Counted from the stretch's first letter, positions 35,338 to 48,631 are shown. The stretch: DNA of 64,000 nt from Mytilus trossulus (GCF_036588685.1 NW_026963290.1:5332001-5396000), one strand, 5' to 3'. Made by a program: numbers and translations. The notes: a model not told the origin generated them from the letters alone.

Positions 35338-36447
35338 CCTGGGTGACAAAACAAAGTCTTTTTCAACAAAAAAGTTGAAAAAATCAAACGTAATTAAGGT
35401 ATATTATCACATTCTGACACAAAATATACAAATTCACATATACGATGACTTGGAAAAACACAGTTTTTGAATTAGATTGACTCTCTCGATATAAACACCT
35501 GTTTACTCTTTCATAGGTCAACCGGAAGTCCAGACTGGCGCTCTAACCAACTGAGCTATGAAGGCTCCATGATAAATTATTTGAAATATTCAATATTTAT
35601 ATCTAGACTTACTCTTCCGTGATCTATGGGCAAGTATATACAGGTGCACACTAATAGGCAGAGAAAAACTAGCATTGTAGACATTATGCAGTTGCTTCTG
35701 TTTCATTTTACCTAAGTATGAGACGACACGGTCGATTTTATGTTGATACATCGATTTGTCTTCCTATTGTGTTATCTTATCATATTTACTATTTCTGTTT
35801 CTAGGAATATATACTGATAGATGAATTTACAAAACAGAATTTCCAATTACCTGCAATTTGTGATGACGCTAAATAACCATAACGAAACACTTTGCATGTT
35901 TTTTGACGGTCGAATGTTACCGCTAGATATAAGTATACAATTCTGATGTCTGAAACTATTCTGTCGCCATAGCTCAGTCGGTTGACGGCCAGACAGGGAA
36001 TACCGAGGACCGCAGTTCGAATCTCACAATGGGTTTTTGAATTTGAGAGCGATATTTTTCTCATTGAACTCAATGTTTTTGACCTGTGCTATAAGCCAGA
36101 TCAAACGTTCAATTCACATTTCTGAATTTGCCCGTATAGATTTTCAAGTGACAATAACCGTAGGCGCTAAAACTTTGTTCACCTTTAGTACCCCCGAGCC
36201 AAACCTTTGGTAGAAATTATTCATGTTCGACTTCTTGTTATCCGCTATTCAACAATTTATTTTCAAATAAAGCAGTCCCAATAGATAGTGTTTAAACCAT
36301 TCAACTGATTGCTTAGTAGGCTTACAAACCAGTGTAACTAATCGAGATGTACTTTATGAAAGTTCTTAATGCTATCAGCAATAGGGGGGATGAATTGACA
36401 GTAAGTGTATTTGAGGCTAACTAGAAGAAACTGATAGCAAAAAAAGT

Positions 36448-36521
36448 AGCCTTCAGAGAGAGTCGAACTCTCGACCTCCAGTTTACTAGACTGGCGCTCT
36501 AACCAACTGAGCTATGAAGGC
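36448..36521 (-). tRNA. trnT: tRNA-Thr(AGT)
   Basis: Identical array copy. Confidence 0.96.
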
Positions 36522-37403
36522 TCCATGATAAATGATTTGAAATATTCAATATTTATATCTAGACTTACTCTTCCGTGATCTATGGGCAAGTATATACAGG
36601 TGCACACTAATAGGCAGAGAAAAACTAGCATTGTAGACATTATGCAGTTGCTTCTGTTTCATTTTACCTAAGTATGAGACGACACGGTCGATTTTATGTT
36701 GATACATCGATTTGTCTTCCTATTGTGTTATCTTATCATATTTACTATTTCTGTTTCTAGGAATATATACTGATAGATGAATTTACAAAACAGAATTTCC
36801 AATTACCTGCAATTTGTGATGACGCTAAATAACCATAACGAAACACTTTGCATGTTTTTTGACGGTCGAATGTTACCGCTAAATATAAGTATACAATTCT
36901 GATGTCTGAAACTATTCTGTCGCCATAGCTCAGTCGGTTGACGGCCAGACAGGGAATACCGAGGACCGCAGTTCGAATCTCACAATGGGTTTTTGAATTT
37001 GAGAGCGATATTTTTCTCATTGAACTCAATGTTTTTGACCTGTGCTATAAGCCAGATCAAACGTTCAATTCACATTTCTGAATTTGCCCGTATAGATTTT
37101 CAAGTGACAATAACCGTAGGCGCTAAAACTTTGTTCACCTTTAGTACCCCCGAGCCAAACCTTTGGTAGAAATTATTCATGTTCGACTTCTTGTTATCCG
37201 CTATTCAACAATTTATTTTCAAATAAAGCAGTCCCAATAGATAGTGTTTAAACCATTCAACTGATTGCTTAGTAGGCTTACAAACCAGTGTAACTAATCG
37301 AGATGTACTTTATGAAAGTTCTTAATGCTATCAGCAATAGGGGGGATGAATTGACAGTAAGTGTATTTGAGGCTAACTAGAAGAAACTGATAGCAAAAAA
37401 AGT

Positions 37404-37477
37404 AGCCTTCAGAGAGAGTCGAACTCTCGACCTCCAGTTTACTAGACTGGCGCTCTAACCAACTGAGCTATGAAGGC
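37404..37477 (-). tRNA. trnT: tRNA-Thr(AGT)
   Basis: Identical array copy. Confidence 0.96.
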
Positions 37478-38359
37478 TCCATGATAAATGATTTGAAATA
37501 TTCAATATTTATATCTAGACTTACTCTTCCGTGATCTATGGGCAAGTATATACAGGTGCACACTAATAGGCAGAGAAAAACTAGCATTGTAGACATTATG
37601 CAGTTGCTTCTGTTTCATTTTACCTAAGTATGAGACGACACGGTCGATTTTATGTTGATACATCGATTTGTCTTCCTATTGTGTTATCTTATCATATTTA
37701 CTATTTCTGTTTCTAGGAATATATACTGATAGATGAATTTACAAAACACAATTTCCAATTACCTGCAATTTGTGATGACGCTAAATAACCATAACGAAAC
37801 ACTTTGCATGTTTTTTGACGGTCGAATGTTACCGCTAGATATAAGTATACAATTCTGATGTGTGAAACTATTCTGTCGCCATAGCTCAGTCGGTTGACGG
37901 CCAGACAGGGAATACCGAGGACCGCAGTTCGAATCTCACAATGGGTTTTTGAATTTGAGAGCGATATTTTTCTCATTGAACTCAATGTTTTTGACCTGTG
38001 CTATAAGCCAGATCAAACGTTCAATTCACATTTCTGAATTTGCCCGTATAGATTTTCAAGTGACAATAACCGTAGGCGCTAAAACTTTGTTCACCTTTAG
38101 TACCCCCGAGCCAAACCTTTGGTAGAAATTATTCATGTTCGACTTCTTGTTATCCGCTATTCAACAATTTATTTTCAAATAAAGCAGTCCCAATAGATAG
38201 TGTTTAAACCATTCAACTGATTGCTTAGTAGGCTTACAAACCAGTGTAACTAATCGAGATGTACTTTATGAAAGTTCTTAATGCTATCAGCAATAGGGGG
38301 GATGAATTGACAGTAAGTGTATTTGAGGCTAACTAGAAGAAACTGATAGCAAAAAAAGT

Positions 38360-38433
38360 AGCCTTCAGAGAGAGTCGAACTCTCGACCTCCAGTTTACTA
38401 GACTGGCGCTCTAACCAACTGAGCTATGAAGGC
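38360..38433 (-). tRNA. trnT: tRNA-Thr(AGT)
   Basis: Identical array copy. Confidence 0.96.
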
Positions 38434-39315
38434 TCCATGATAAATGATTTGAAATATTCAATATTTATATCTAGACTTACTCTTCCGTGATCTATGGGCA
38501 AGTATATACAGGTGCACACTAATAGGCAGAGAAAAACTAGCATTGTAGACATTATGCAGTTGCTTCTGTTTCATTTTACCTAAGTATGAGACGACACGGT
38601 CGATTTTATGTTGATACATCGATTTGTCTTCCTATTGTGTTATCTTATCATATTTACTATTTCTGTTTCTAGGAATATATACTGATAGATGAATTTACAA
38701 AACACAATTTCCAATTACCTGCAATTTGTGATGACGCTAAATAACCATAACGAAACACTTTGCATGTTTTTTGACGGTCGAATGTTACCGCTAGATATAA
38801 GTATACAATTCTGATGTCTGAAACTATTCTGTCGCCATAGCTCAGTCGGTTGACGGCCAGACAGGGAATACCGAGGACCGCAGTTCGAATCTCACAATGG
38901 GTTTTTGAATTTGAGAGCGATATTTTTCTCATTGAACTCAATGTTTTTGACCTGTGCTATAAGCCAGATCAAACGTTCAATTCACATTTCTGAATTTGCC
39001 CGTATAGATTTTCAAGTGACAATAACCGTAGGCGCTAAAACTTTGTTCACCTTTAGTACCCCCGAGCCAAACCTTTGGTAGAAATTATTCATGTTCGACT
39101 TCTTGTTATCCGCTATTCAACAATTTATTTTCAAATAAAGCAGTCCCAATAGATAGTGTTTAAACCATTCAACTGATTGCTTAGTAGGCTTACAAACCAG
39201 TGTAACTAATCGAGATGTACTTTATGAAAGTTCTTAATGCTATCAGCAATAGGGGGGATGAATTGACAGTAAGTGTATTTGAGGCTAACTAGAAGAAACT
39301 GATAGCAAAAAAAGT

Positions 39316-39389
39316 AGCCTTCAGAGAGAGTCGAACTCTCGACCTCCAGTTTACTAGACTGGCGCTCTAACCAACTGAGCTATGAAGGC
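39316..39389 (-). tRNA. trnT: tRNA-Thr(AGT)
   Basis: Identical array copy. Confidence 0.96.
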
Positions 39390-40271
39390 TCCATGATAAA
39401 TGATTTGAAATATTCAATATTTATATCTAGACTTACTCTTCCGTGATCTATGGGCAAGTATATACAGGTGCACACTAATAGGCAGAGAAAAACTAGCATT
39501 GTAGACATTATGCAGTTGCTTCTGTTTCATTTTACCTAAGTATGAGACGACACGGTCGATTTTATGTTGATACATCGATTTGTCTTCCTATTGTGTTATC
39601 TTATCATATTTACTATTTCTGTTTCTAGGAATATATACTGATAGATGAATTTACAAAACACAATTTCCAATTACCTGCAATTTGTGATGACGCTAAATAA
39701 CCATAACGAAACACTTTGCATGTTTTTTGACGGTCGAATGTTACCGCTAAATATAAGTATACAATTCTGATGTCTGAAACTATTCTGTCGCCATAGCTCA
39801 GTCGGTTGACGGCCAGACAGGGAATACCGAGGACCGCAGTTCGAATCTCACAATGGGTTTTTGAATTTGAGAGCGATATTTTTCTCATTGAACTCAATGT
39901 TTTTGACCTGTGCTATAAGCCAGATCAAACGTTCAATTCACATTTCTGAATTTGCCCGTATAGATTTTCAAGTGACAATAACCGTAGGCGCTAAAACTTT
40001 GTTCACCTTTAGTACCCCCGAGCCAAACCTTTGGTAGAAATTATTCATGTTCGACTTCTTGTTATCCGCTATTCAACAATTTATTTTCAAATAAAGCAGT
40101 CCCAATAGATAGTGTTTAAACCATTCAACTGATTGCTTAGTAGGCTTACAAACCAGTGTAACTAATCGAGATGTACTTTATGAAAGTTCTTAATGCTATC
40201 AGCAATAGGGGGGATGAATTGACAGTAAGTGTATTTGAGGCTAACTAGAAGAAACTGATAGCAAAAAAAGT

Positions 40272-40345
40272 AGCCTTCAGAGAGAGTCGAACTCTCGACC
40301 TCCAGTTTACTAGACTGGCGCTCTAACCAACTGAGCTATGAAGGC
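40272..40345 (-). tRNA. trnT: tRNA-Thr(AGT)
   Basis: Identical array copy. Confidence 0.96.
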
Positions 40346-41227
40346 TCCATGATAAATGATTTGAAATATTCAATATTTATATCTAGACTTACTCTTCCGT
40401 GATCTATGGGCAAGTATATACAGGTGCACACTAATAGGCAGAGAAAAACTAGCATTGTAGACATTATGCAGTTGCTTCTGTTTCATTTTACCTAAGTATG
40501 AGACGACACGGTCGATTTTATGTTGATACATCGATTTGTCTTCCTATTGTGTTATCTTATCATATTTACTATTTCTGTTTCTAGGAATATATACTGATAG
40601 ATGAATTTACAAAACACAATTTCCAATTACCTGCAATTTGTGATGACGCTAAATAACCATAACGAAACACTTTGCATGTTTTTTGACGGTCGAATGTTAC
40701 CGCTAAATATAAGTATACAATTCTGATGTCTGAAACTATTCTGTCGCCATAGCTCAGTCGGTTGACGGCCAGACAGGGAATACCGAGGACCGCAGTTCGA
40801 ATCTCACAATGGGTTTTTGAATTTGAGAGCGATATTTTTCTCATTGAACTCAATGTTTTTGACCTGTGCTATAAGCCAGATCAAACGTTCAATTCACATT
40901 TCTGAATTTGCCCGTATAGATTTTCAAGTGACAATAACCGTAGGCGCTAAAACTTTGTTCACCTTTAGTACCCCCGAGCCAAACCTTTGGTAGAAATTAT
41001 TCATGTTCGACTTCTTGTTATCCGCTATTCAACAATTTATTTTCAAATAAAGCAGTCCCAATAGATAGTGTTTAAACCATTCAACTGATTGCTTAGTAGG
41101 CTTACAAACCAGTGTAACTAATCGAGATGTACTTTATGAAAGTTCTTAATGCTATCAGCAATAGGGGGGATGAATTGACAGTAAGTGTATTTGAGGCTAA
41201 CTAGAAGAAACTGATAGCAAAAAAAGT

Positions 41228-41301
41228 AGCCTTCAGAGAGAGTCGAACTCTCGACCTCCAGTTTACTAGACTGGCGCTCTAACCAACTGAGCTATGAAGG
41301 C
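41228..41301 (-). tRNA. trnT: tRNA-Thr(AGT)
   Basis: Identical array copy. Confidence 0.96.
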
Positions 41302-42183
41302 TCCATGATAAATGATTTGAAATATTCAATATTTATATCTAGACTTACTCTTCCGTGATCTATGGGCAAGTATATACAGGTGCACACTAATAGGCAGAGA
41401 AAAACTAGCATTGTAGACATTATGCAGTTGCTTCTGTTTCATTTTACCTAAGTATGAGACGACACGGTCGATTTTATGTTGATACATCGATTTGTCTTCC
41501 TATTGTGTTATCTTATCATATTTACTATTTCTGTTTCTAGGAATATATACTGATAGATGAATTTACAAAACACAATTTCCAATTACCTGCAATTTGTGAT
41601 GACGCTAAATAACCATAACGAAACACTTTGCATGTTTTTTGACGGTCGAATGTTACCGCTAAATATAAGTATACAATTCTGATGTCTGAAACTATTCTGT
41701 CGCCATAGCTCAGTCGGTTGACGGCCAGACAGGGAATACCGAGGACCGCAGTTCGAATCTCACAATGGGTTTTTGAATTTGAGAGCGATATTTTTCTCAT
41801 TGAACTCAATGTTTTTGACCTGTGCTATAAGCCAGATCAAACGTTCAATTCACATTTCTGAATTTGCCCGTATAGATTTTCAAGTGACAATAACCGTAGG
41901 CGCTAAAACTTTGTTCACCTTTAGTACCCCCGAGCCAAACCTTTGGTAGAAATTATTCATGTTCGACTTCTTGTTATCCGCTATTCAACAATTTATTTTC
42001 AAATAAAGCAGTCCCAATAGATAGTGTTTAAACCATTCAACTGATTGCTTAGTAGGCTTACAAACCAGTGTAACTAATCGAGATGTACTTTATGAAAGTT
42101 CTTAATGCTATCAGCAATAGGGGGGATGAATTGACAGTAAGTGTATTTGAGGCTAACTAGAAGAAACTGATAGCAAAAAAAGT

Positions 42184-42257
42184 AGCCTTCAGAGAGAGTC
42201 GAACTCTCGACCTCCAGTTTACTAGACTGGCGCTCTAACCAACTGAGCTATGAAGGC
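42184..42257 (-). tRNA. trnT: tRNA-Thr(AGT)
   Basis: Identical array copy. Confidence 0.96.
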
Positions 42258-43139
42258 TCCATGATAAATGATTTGAAATATTCAATATTTATATCTAGAC
42301 TTACTCTTCCGTGATCTATGGGCAAGTATATACAGGTGCACACTAATAGGCAGAGAAAAACTAGCATTGTAGACATTATGCAGTTGCTTCTGTTTCATTT
42401 TACCTAAGTATGAGACGACACGGTCGATTTTATGTTGATACATCGATTTGTCTTCCTATTGTGTTATCTTATCATATTTACTATTTCTGTTTCTAGGAAT
42501 ATATACTGATAGATGAATTTACAAAACACAATTTCCAATTACCTGCAATTTGTGATGACGCTAAATAACCATAACGAAACACTTTGCATGTTTTTTGACG
42601 GTCGAATGTTACCGCTAGATATAAGTATACAATTCTGATGTCTGAAACTATTCTGTCGCCATAGCTCAGTCGGTTGACGGCCAGACAGGGAATACCGAGG
42701 ACCGCAGTTCGAATCTCACAATGGGTTTTTGAATTTGAGAGCGATATTTTTCTCATTGAACTCAATGTTTTTGACCTGTGCTATAAGCCAGATCAAACGT
42801 TCAATTCACATTTCTGAATTTGCCCGTATAGATTTTCAAGTGACAATAACCGTAGGCGCTAAAACTTTGTTCACCTTTAGTACCCCCGAGCCAAACCTTT
42901 GGTAGAAATTATTCATGTTCGACTTCTTGTTATCCGCTATTCAACAATTTATTTTCAAATAAAGCAGTCCCAATAGATAGTGTTTAAACCATTCAACTGA
43001 TTGCTTAGTAGGCTTACAAACCAGTGTAACTAATCGAGATGTACTTTATGAAAGTTCTTAATGCTATCAGCAATAGGGGGGATGAATTGACAGTAAGTGT
43101 ATTTGAGGCTAACTAGAAGAAACTGATAGCAAAAAAAGT

Positions 43140-43213
43140 AGCCTTCAGAGAGAGTCGAACTCTCGACCTCCAGTTTACTAGACTGGCGCTCTAACCAACT
43201 GAGCTATGAAGGC
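43140..43213 (-). tRNA. trnT: tRNA-Thr(AGT)
   Basis: Identical array copy. Confidence 0.96.
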
Positions 43214-44095
43214 TCCATGATAAATGATTTGAAATATTCAATATTTATATCTAGACTTACTCTTCCGTGATCTATGGGCAAGTATATACAGGTGCACACT
43301 AATAGGCAGAGAAAAACTAGCATTGTAGACATTATGCAGTTGCTTCTGTTTCATTTTACCTAAGTATGAGACGACACGGTCGATTTTATGTTGATACATC
43401 GATTTGTCTTCCTATTGTGTTATCTTATCATATTTACTATTTCTGTTTCTAGGAATATATACTGATAGATGAATTTACAAAACACAATTTCCAATTACCT
43501 GCAATTTGTGATGACGCTAAATAACCATAACGAAACACTTTGCATGTTTTTTGACGGTCGAATGTTACCGCTAGATATAAGTATACAATTCTGATGTCTG
43601 AAACTATTCTGTCGCCATAGCTCAGTCGGTTGACGGCCAGACAGGGAATACCGAGGACCGCAGTTCGAATCTCACAATGGGTTTTTGAATTTGAGAGCGA
43701 TATTTTTCTCATTGAACTCAATGTTTTTGACCTGTGCTATAAGCCAGATCAAACGTTCAATTCACATTTCTGAATTTGCCCGTATAGATTTTCAAGTGAC
43801 AATAACCGTAGGCGCTAAAACTTTGTTCACCTTTAGTACCCCCGAGCCAAACCTTTGGTAGAAATTATTCATGTTCGACTTCTTGTTATCCGCTATTCAA
43901 CAATTTATTTTCAAATAAAGCAGTCCCAATAGATAGTGTTTAAACCATTCAACTGATTGCTTAGTAGGCTTACAAACCAGTGTAACTAATCGAGATGTAC
44001 TTTATGAAAGTTCTTAATGCTATCAGCAATAGGGGGGATGAATTGACAGTAAGTGTATTTGAGGCTAACTAGAAGAAACTGATAGCAAAAAAAGT

Positions 44096-44169
44096 AGCCT
44101 TCAGAGAGAGTCGAACTCTCGACCTCCAGTTTACTAGACTGGCGCTCTAACCAACTGAGCTATGAAGGC
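44096..44169 (-). tRNA. trnT: tRNA-Thr(AGT)
   Basis: Identical array copy. Confidence 0.96.
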
Positions 44170-44602
44170 TCCATGATAAATGATTTGAAATATTCAATAT
44201 TTATATCTAGACTTACTCTTCCGTGATCTATGGGCAAGTATATACAGGTGCACACTAATAGGCAGAGAAAAACTAGCATTGTAGACATTATGCAGTTGCT
44301 TCTGTTTCATTTTACCTAAGTATGAGACGACACGGTCGATTTTATGTTGATACATCGATTTGTCTTCCTATTGTGTTATCTTATCATATTTACTATTTCT
44401 GTTTCTAGGAATATATACTGATAGATGAATTTACAAAACACAATTTCCAATTACCTGCAATTTGTGATGACGCTAAATAACCATAACGAAACACTTTGCA
44501 TGTTTTTTGACGGTCGAATGTTACCGCTAGATATAAGTATACAATTCTGATGTCTGAAACTATTCTGTCGCCATAGCTCAGTCGGTTGACGGCCAGACAG
44601 GG

Positions 44603-46255
44603 GAAAAAGTCGAGTACACCTTTAACGGATATAGACGTATATTTTGCTTGTCCTGTTTTGAAGTTATATTTTTCTATTGGATTTGGATATTACCAGCCGG
44701 AATAGTTAAAAACGCTTTCATAACAGTAATGTAAGTTTTATTACTGACATTTTTGCAAAAATAATGCCTTAATTTGATATTTGAGTGAACTTTACTTCTT
44801 CATGTGTAAATATTGAGGTACGAAGAAGGGATATTGTAATGGAGAAATTACCAAAACCATTAGTTGCGCTTATTAACAGTATAGTAGACGAATATGAACA
44901 TTTTAATTGGAATTCGAATTACTTAGGTGATAAAATGAGAATTTCGTTGATTTGGACCAGAGGTGAATATGTGAATACAAACAAAGGTGTAAAACACAAG
45001 TCGAAATCAAGTAAAGCCAGGGACACTAAACGGTTAAAAACGTGGCAAGATAAGAAAGAAAATTTACATAACGACGATGATATAGATACTAGTGATATAG
45101 ATACTGATAGTTCAGAGGAAGATATGAGCGAATCAAGTGATGAAAATCAACAAATCGACAAGGTAGATATCCCGCTGGTAACCCCCGAAAAAGTAAACAT
45201 TAGACCGGTTACGAAAATTACTCACCCGGTACGAGTGTCTATTAATAAGTCAATCAATAAAAACAATCATGAATCGCCACCAGAAAAAAGAGTGTGTCGT
45301 AGTTCGATATATGGAACGAGTGTGGAAGTTCAAAAACAAAGTGTACACACAAATATAAAGGAATGTGAACATGTAGAAATAGATGACGAAATAAAAACAG
45401 TCGCATCTAAATCGATAATAACCGGGAACAGTCCATGTAATGACAGCCACTATCAGAAAATAGTGTTTAATAGACGATCAGAAGGTGATCTCGTGTTAGG
45501 AAAAATTAAAAAGAGAGATACAATAGTTATTTGTAATACAACAAAGAAGAAAATAAATCATGTGAATCTTGATACGAACAAATCAGGTTATGAAGACACA
45601 ATGTATTATATTAATAGATATAAAGATTTGAGAAAAACGGACGATGAAGAAATAAGTAGTTATGTTTTTCATGTTCCGAAATTAGAAAGATACGCGGAAG
45701 TTCACAAACTTTGTCCGTGGTGTTTTTTGGAATGAACAGTTATTTGGGGAAAAACCAAGATCCGTTTCATGCGTGAATTAACTCTTTAATTATATTGTTT
45801 ATTATGTATCAAAACTTAGGTTTGGAAACCAACCTATTTTTGTTAGGACTTAAAAATATTAGTTAAATATAACATTTGCGTATGCTAACATTTTGTGTAT
45901 TTTTTTCTTGTAATAGTTCAAAGGCTATTTTATTGTTTTATATATAAAAAAGAAAATATAAAAAAAAGGAAGTATATTCATACAATTAGTCTATCATAGG
46001 ATAGATTTATTAAAAAAGTGACATTAATATAATCAGTTTGGTATATGAGAATTTGATGACTTAGAGTAAATGAGCGATTTGTTGAATTGAGTAAATGAGC
46101 GAGCTGTTGACTTAGAGTAAATGAGCGATTTGTTGTTGTTGTTTTTTTCTTTTCAGGGAAAAATGACAATAATTGACATAAATGTTTGATATATGTGTAA
46201 TTGTAATCTGTGATATGTATATAGAAGTGAGATTATAATAAAGATAAAAAAAAAA
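44603..46255 (+). mobile_element. 1,653-bp RT-less, protein-coding retroposed element inserted in the tRNA-like gene (copy 1)
   Basis: 15-bp TSD GACGGCCAGACAGGG (44588-44602 / 46256-46270), AATAAA 46237-46242, A10 tail, single ORF. Confidence 0.9.
44839..45735 (+). CDS. Hypothetical protein, 298 aa from the first ATG (316 aa from GTG at 44785), no recognisable domain
   Basis: Long intact ORF in very AT-rich DNA; basic KHKSKSSKARDTKR segment, acidic D/E/S tract, C-terminal CPWC. Confidence 0.75.
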   Translation: MEKLPKPLVALINSIVDEYEHFNWNSNYLGDKMRISLIWTRGEYVNTNKGVKHKSKSSKARDTKRLKTWQDKKENLHNDDDIDTSDIDTDSSEEDMSESSDENQQIDKVDIPLVTPEKVNIRPVTKITHPVRVSINKSINKNNHESPPEKRVCRSSIYGTSVEVQKQSVHTNIKECEHVEIDDEIKTVASKSIITGNSPCNDSHYQKIVFNRRSEGDLVLGKIKKRDTIVICNTTKKKINHVNLDTNKSGYEDTMYYINRYKDLRKTDDEEISSYVFHVPKLERYAEVHKLCPWCFLE

Positions 46256-46719
46256 GACGGCCAGACAGGGAATACCGAGGACCGCAGTTCGAATCTCACA
46301 ATGGGTTTTTGAATTTGAGAGCGATATTTTTCTCATTGAACTCAATGTTTTTGACCTGTGCTATAAGCCAGATCAAACGTTCAATTCACATTTCTGAATT
46401 TGCCCGTATAGATTTTCAAGTGACAATAACCGTAGGCGCTAAAACTTTGTTCACCTTTAGTACCCCCGAGCCAAACCTTTGGTAGAAATTATTCATGTTC
46501 GACTTCTTGTTATCCGCTATTCAACAATTTATTTTCAAATAAAGCAGTCCCAATAGATAGTGTTTAAACCATTCAACTGATTGCTTAGTAGGCTTACAAA
46601 CCAGTGTAACTAATCGAGATGTACTTTATGAAAGTTCTTAATGCTATCAGCAATAGGGGGGATGAATTGACAGTAAGTGTATTTGAGGCTAACTAGAAGA
46701 AACTGATAGCAAAAAAAGT

Positions 46720-46793
46720 AGCCTTCAGAGAGAGTCGAACTCTCGACCTCCAGTTTACTAGACTGGCGCTCTAACCAACTGAGCTATGAAGGC
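46720..46793 (-). tRNA. trnT: tRNA-Thr(AGT)
   Basis: Identical array copy. Confidence 0.96.
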
Positions 46794-47675
46794 TCCATGA
46801 TAAATGATTTGAAATATTCAATATTTATATCTAGACTTACTCTTCCGTGATCTATGGGCAAGTATATACAGGTGCACACTAATAGGCAGAGAAAAACTAG
46901 CATTGTAGACATTATGCAGTTGCTTCTGTTTCATTTTACCTAAGTATGAGACGACACGGTCGATTTTATGTTGATACATCGATTTGTCTTCCTATTGTGT
47001 TATCTTATCATATTTACTATTTCTGTTTCTAGGAATATATACTGATAGATGAATTTACAAAACACAATTTCCAATTACCTGCAATTTGTGATGACGCTAA
47101 ATAACCATAACGAAACACTTTGCATGTTTTTTGACGGTCGAATGTTACCGCTAGATATAAGTATACAATTCTGATGTCTGAAACTATTCTGTCGCCATAG
47201 CTCAGTCGGTTGACGGCCAGACAGGGAATACCGAGGACCGCAGTTCGAATCTCACAATGGGTTTTTGAATTTGAGAGCGATATTTTTCTCATTGAACTCA
47301 ATGTTTTTGACCTGTGCTATAAGCCAGATCAAACGTTCAATTCACATTTCTGAATTTGCCCGTATAGATTTTCAAGTGACAATAACCGTAGGCGCTAAAA
47401 CTTTGTTCACCTTTAGTACCCCCGAGCCAAACCTTTGGTAGAAATTATTCATGTTCGACTTCTTGTTATCCGCTATTCAACAATTTATTTTCAAATAAAG
47501 CAGTCCCAATAGATAGTGTTTAAACCATTCAACTGATTGCTTAGTAGGCTTACAAACCAGTGTAACTAATCGAGATGTACTTTATGAAAGTTCTTAATGC
47601 TATCAGCAATAGGGGGGATGAATTGACAGTAAGTGTATTTGAGGCTAACTAGAAGAAACTGATAGCAAAAAAAGT

Positions 47676-47749
47676 AGCCTTCAGAGAGAGTCGAACTCTC
47701 GACCTCCAGTTTACTAGACTGGCGCTCTAACCAACTGAGCTATGAAGGC
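47676..47749 (-). tRNA. trnT: tRNA-Thr(AGT)
   Basis: Identical array copy. Confidence 0.96.
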
Positions 47750-48631
47750 TCCATGATAAATGATTTGAAATATTCAATATTTATATCTAGACTTACTCTT
47801 CCGTGATCTATGGGCAAGTATATACAGGTGCACACTAATAGGCAGAGAAAAACTAGCATTGTAGACATTATGCAGTTGCTTCTGTTTCATTTTACCTAAG
47901 TATGAGACGACACGGTCGATTTTATGTTGATACATCGATTTGTCTTCCTATTGTGTTATCTTATCATATTTACTATTTCTGTTTCTAGGAATATATACTG
48001 ATAGATGAATTTACAAAACACAATTTCCAATTACCTGCAATTTGTGATGACGCTAAATAACCATAACGAAACACTTTGCATGTTTTTTGACGGTCGAATG
48101 TTACCGCTAGATATAAGTATACAATTCTGATGTCTGAAACTATTCTGTCGCCATAGCTCAGTCGGTTGACGGCCAGACAGGGAATACCGAGGACCGCAGT
48201 TCGAATCTCACAGTGGGTTTTTGAATTTGAGAGCGATATTTTTCTCATTGAACTCAATGTTTTTGACCTGTGCTATAAGCCAGATCAAACGTTCAATTCA
48301 CATTTCTGAATTTGCCCGTATAGATTTTCAAGTGACAATAACCGTAGGCGCTAAAACTTTGTTCACCTTTAGTACCCCCGAGCCAAACCTTTGGTAGAAA
48401 TTATTCATGTTCGACTTCTTGTTATCCGCTATTCAACAATTTATTTTCAAATAAAGCAGTCCCAATAGATAGTGTTTAAACCATTCAACTGATTGCTTAG
48501 TAGGCTTACAAACCAGTGTAACTAATCGAGATGTACTTTATGAAAGTTCTTAATGCTATCAGCAATAGGGGGGATGAATTGACAGTAAGTGTATTTGAGG
48601 CTAACTAGAAGAAACTGATAGCAAAAAAAGT

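Larger units (their letters stand above)
29636..35531 (-). mobile_element. Full-length (5.9 kb) Tx1-clade (L1 superfamily) non-LTR retrotransposon inserted in the tRNA-Thr D-arm
   Basis: TSD AGACTGGCGCTCT (29623-29635 / 35532-35544), AATAAA (29659-29664, minus strand) and poly(A), two-ORF layout. Confidence 0.93.
29583..35565 (-). pseudogene. trnT: tRNA-Thr(AGT) disrupted by a Tx1-like LINE (halves 29583-29635 and 35532-35565)
   Basis: tRNA halves flank the element with a 13-bp duplication. Confidence 0.92.
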
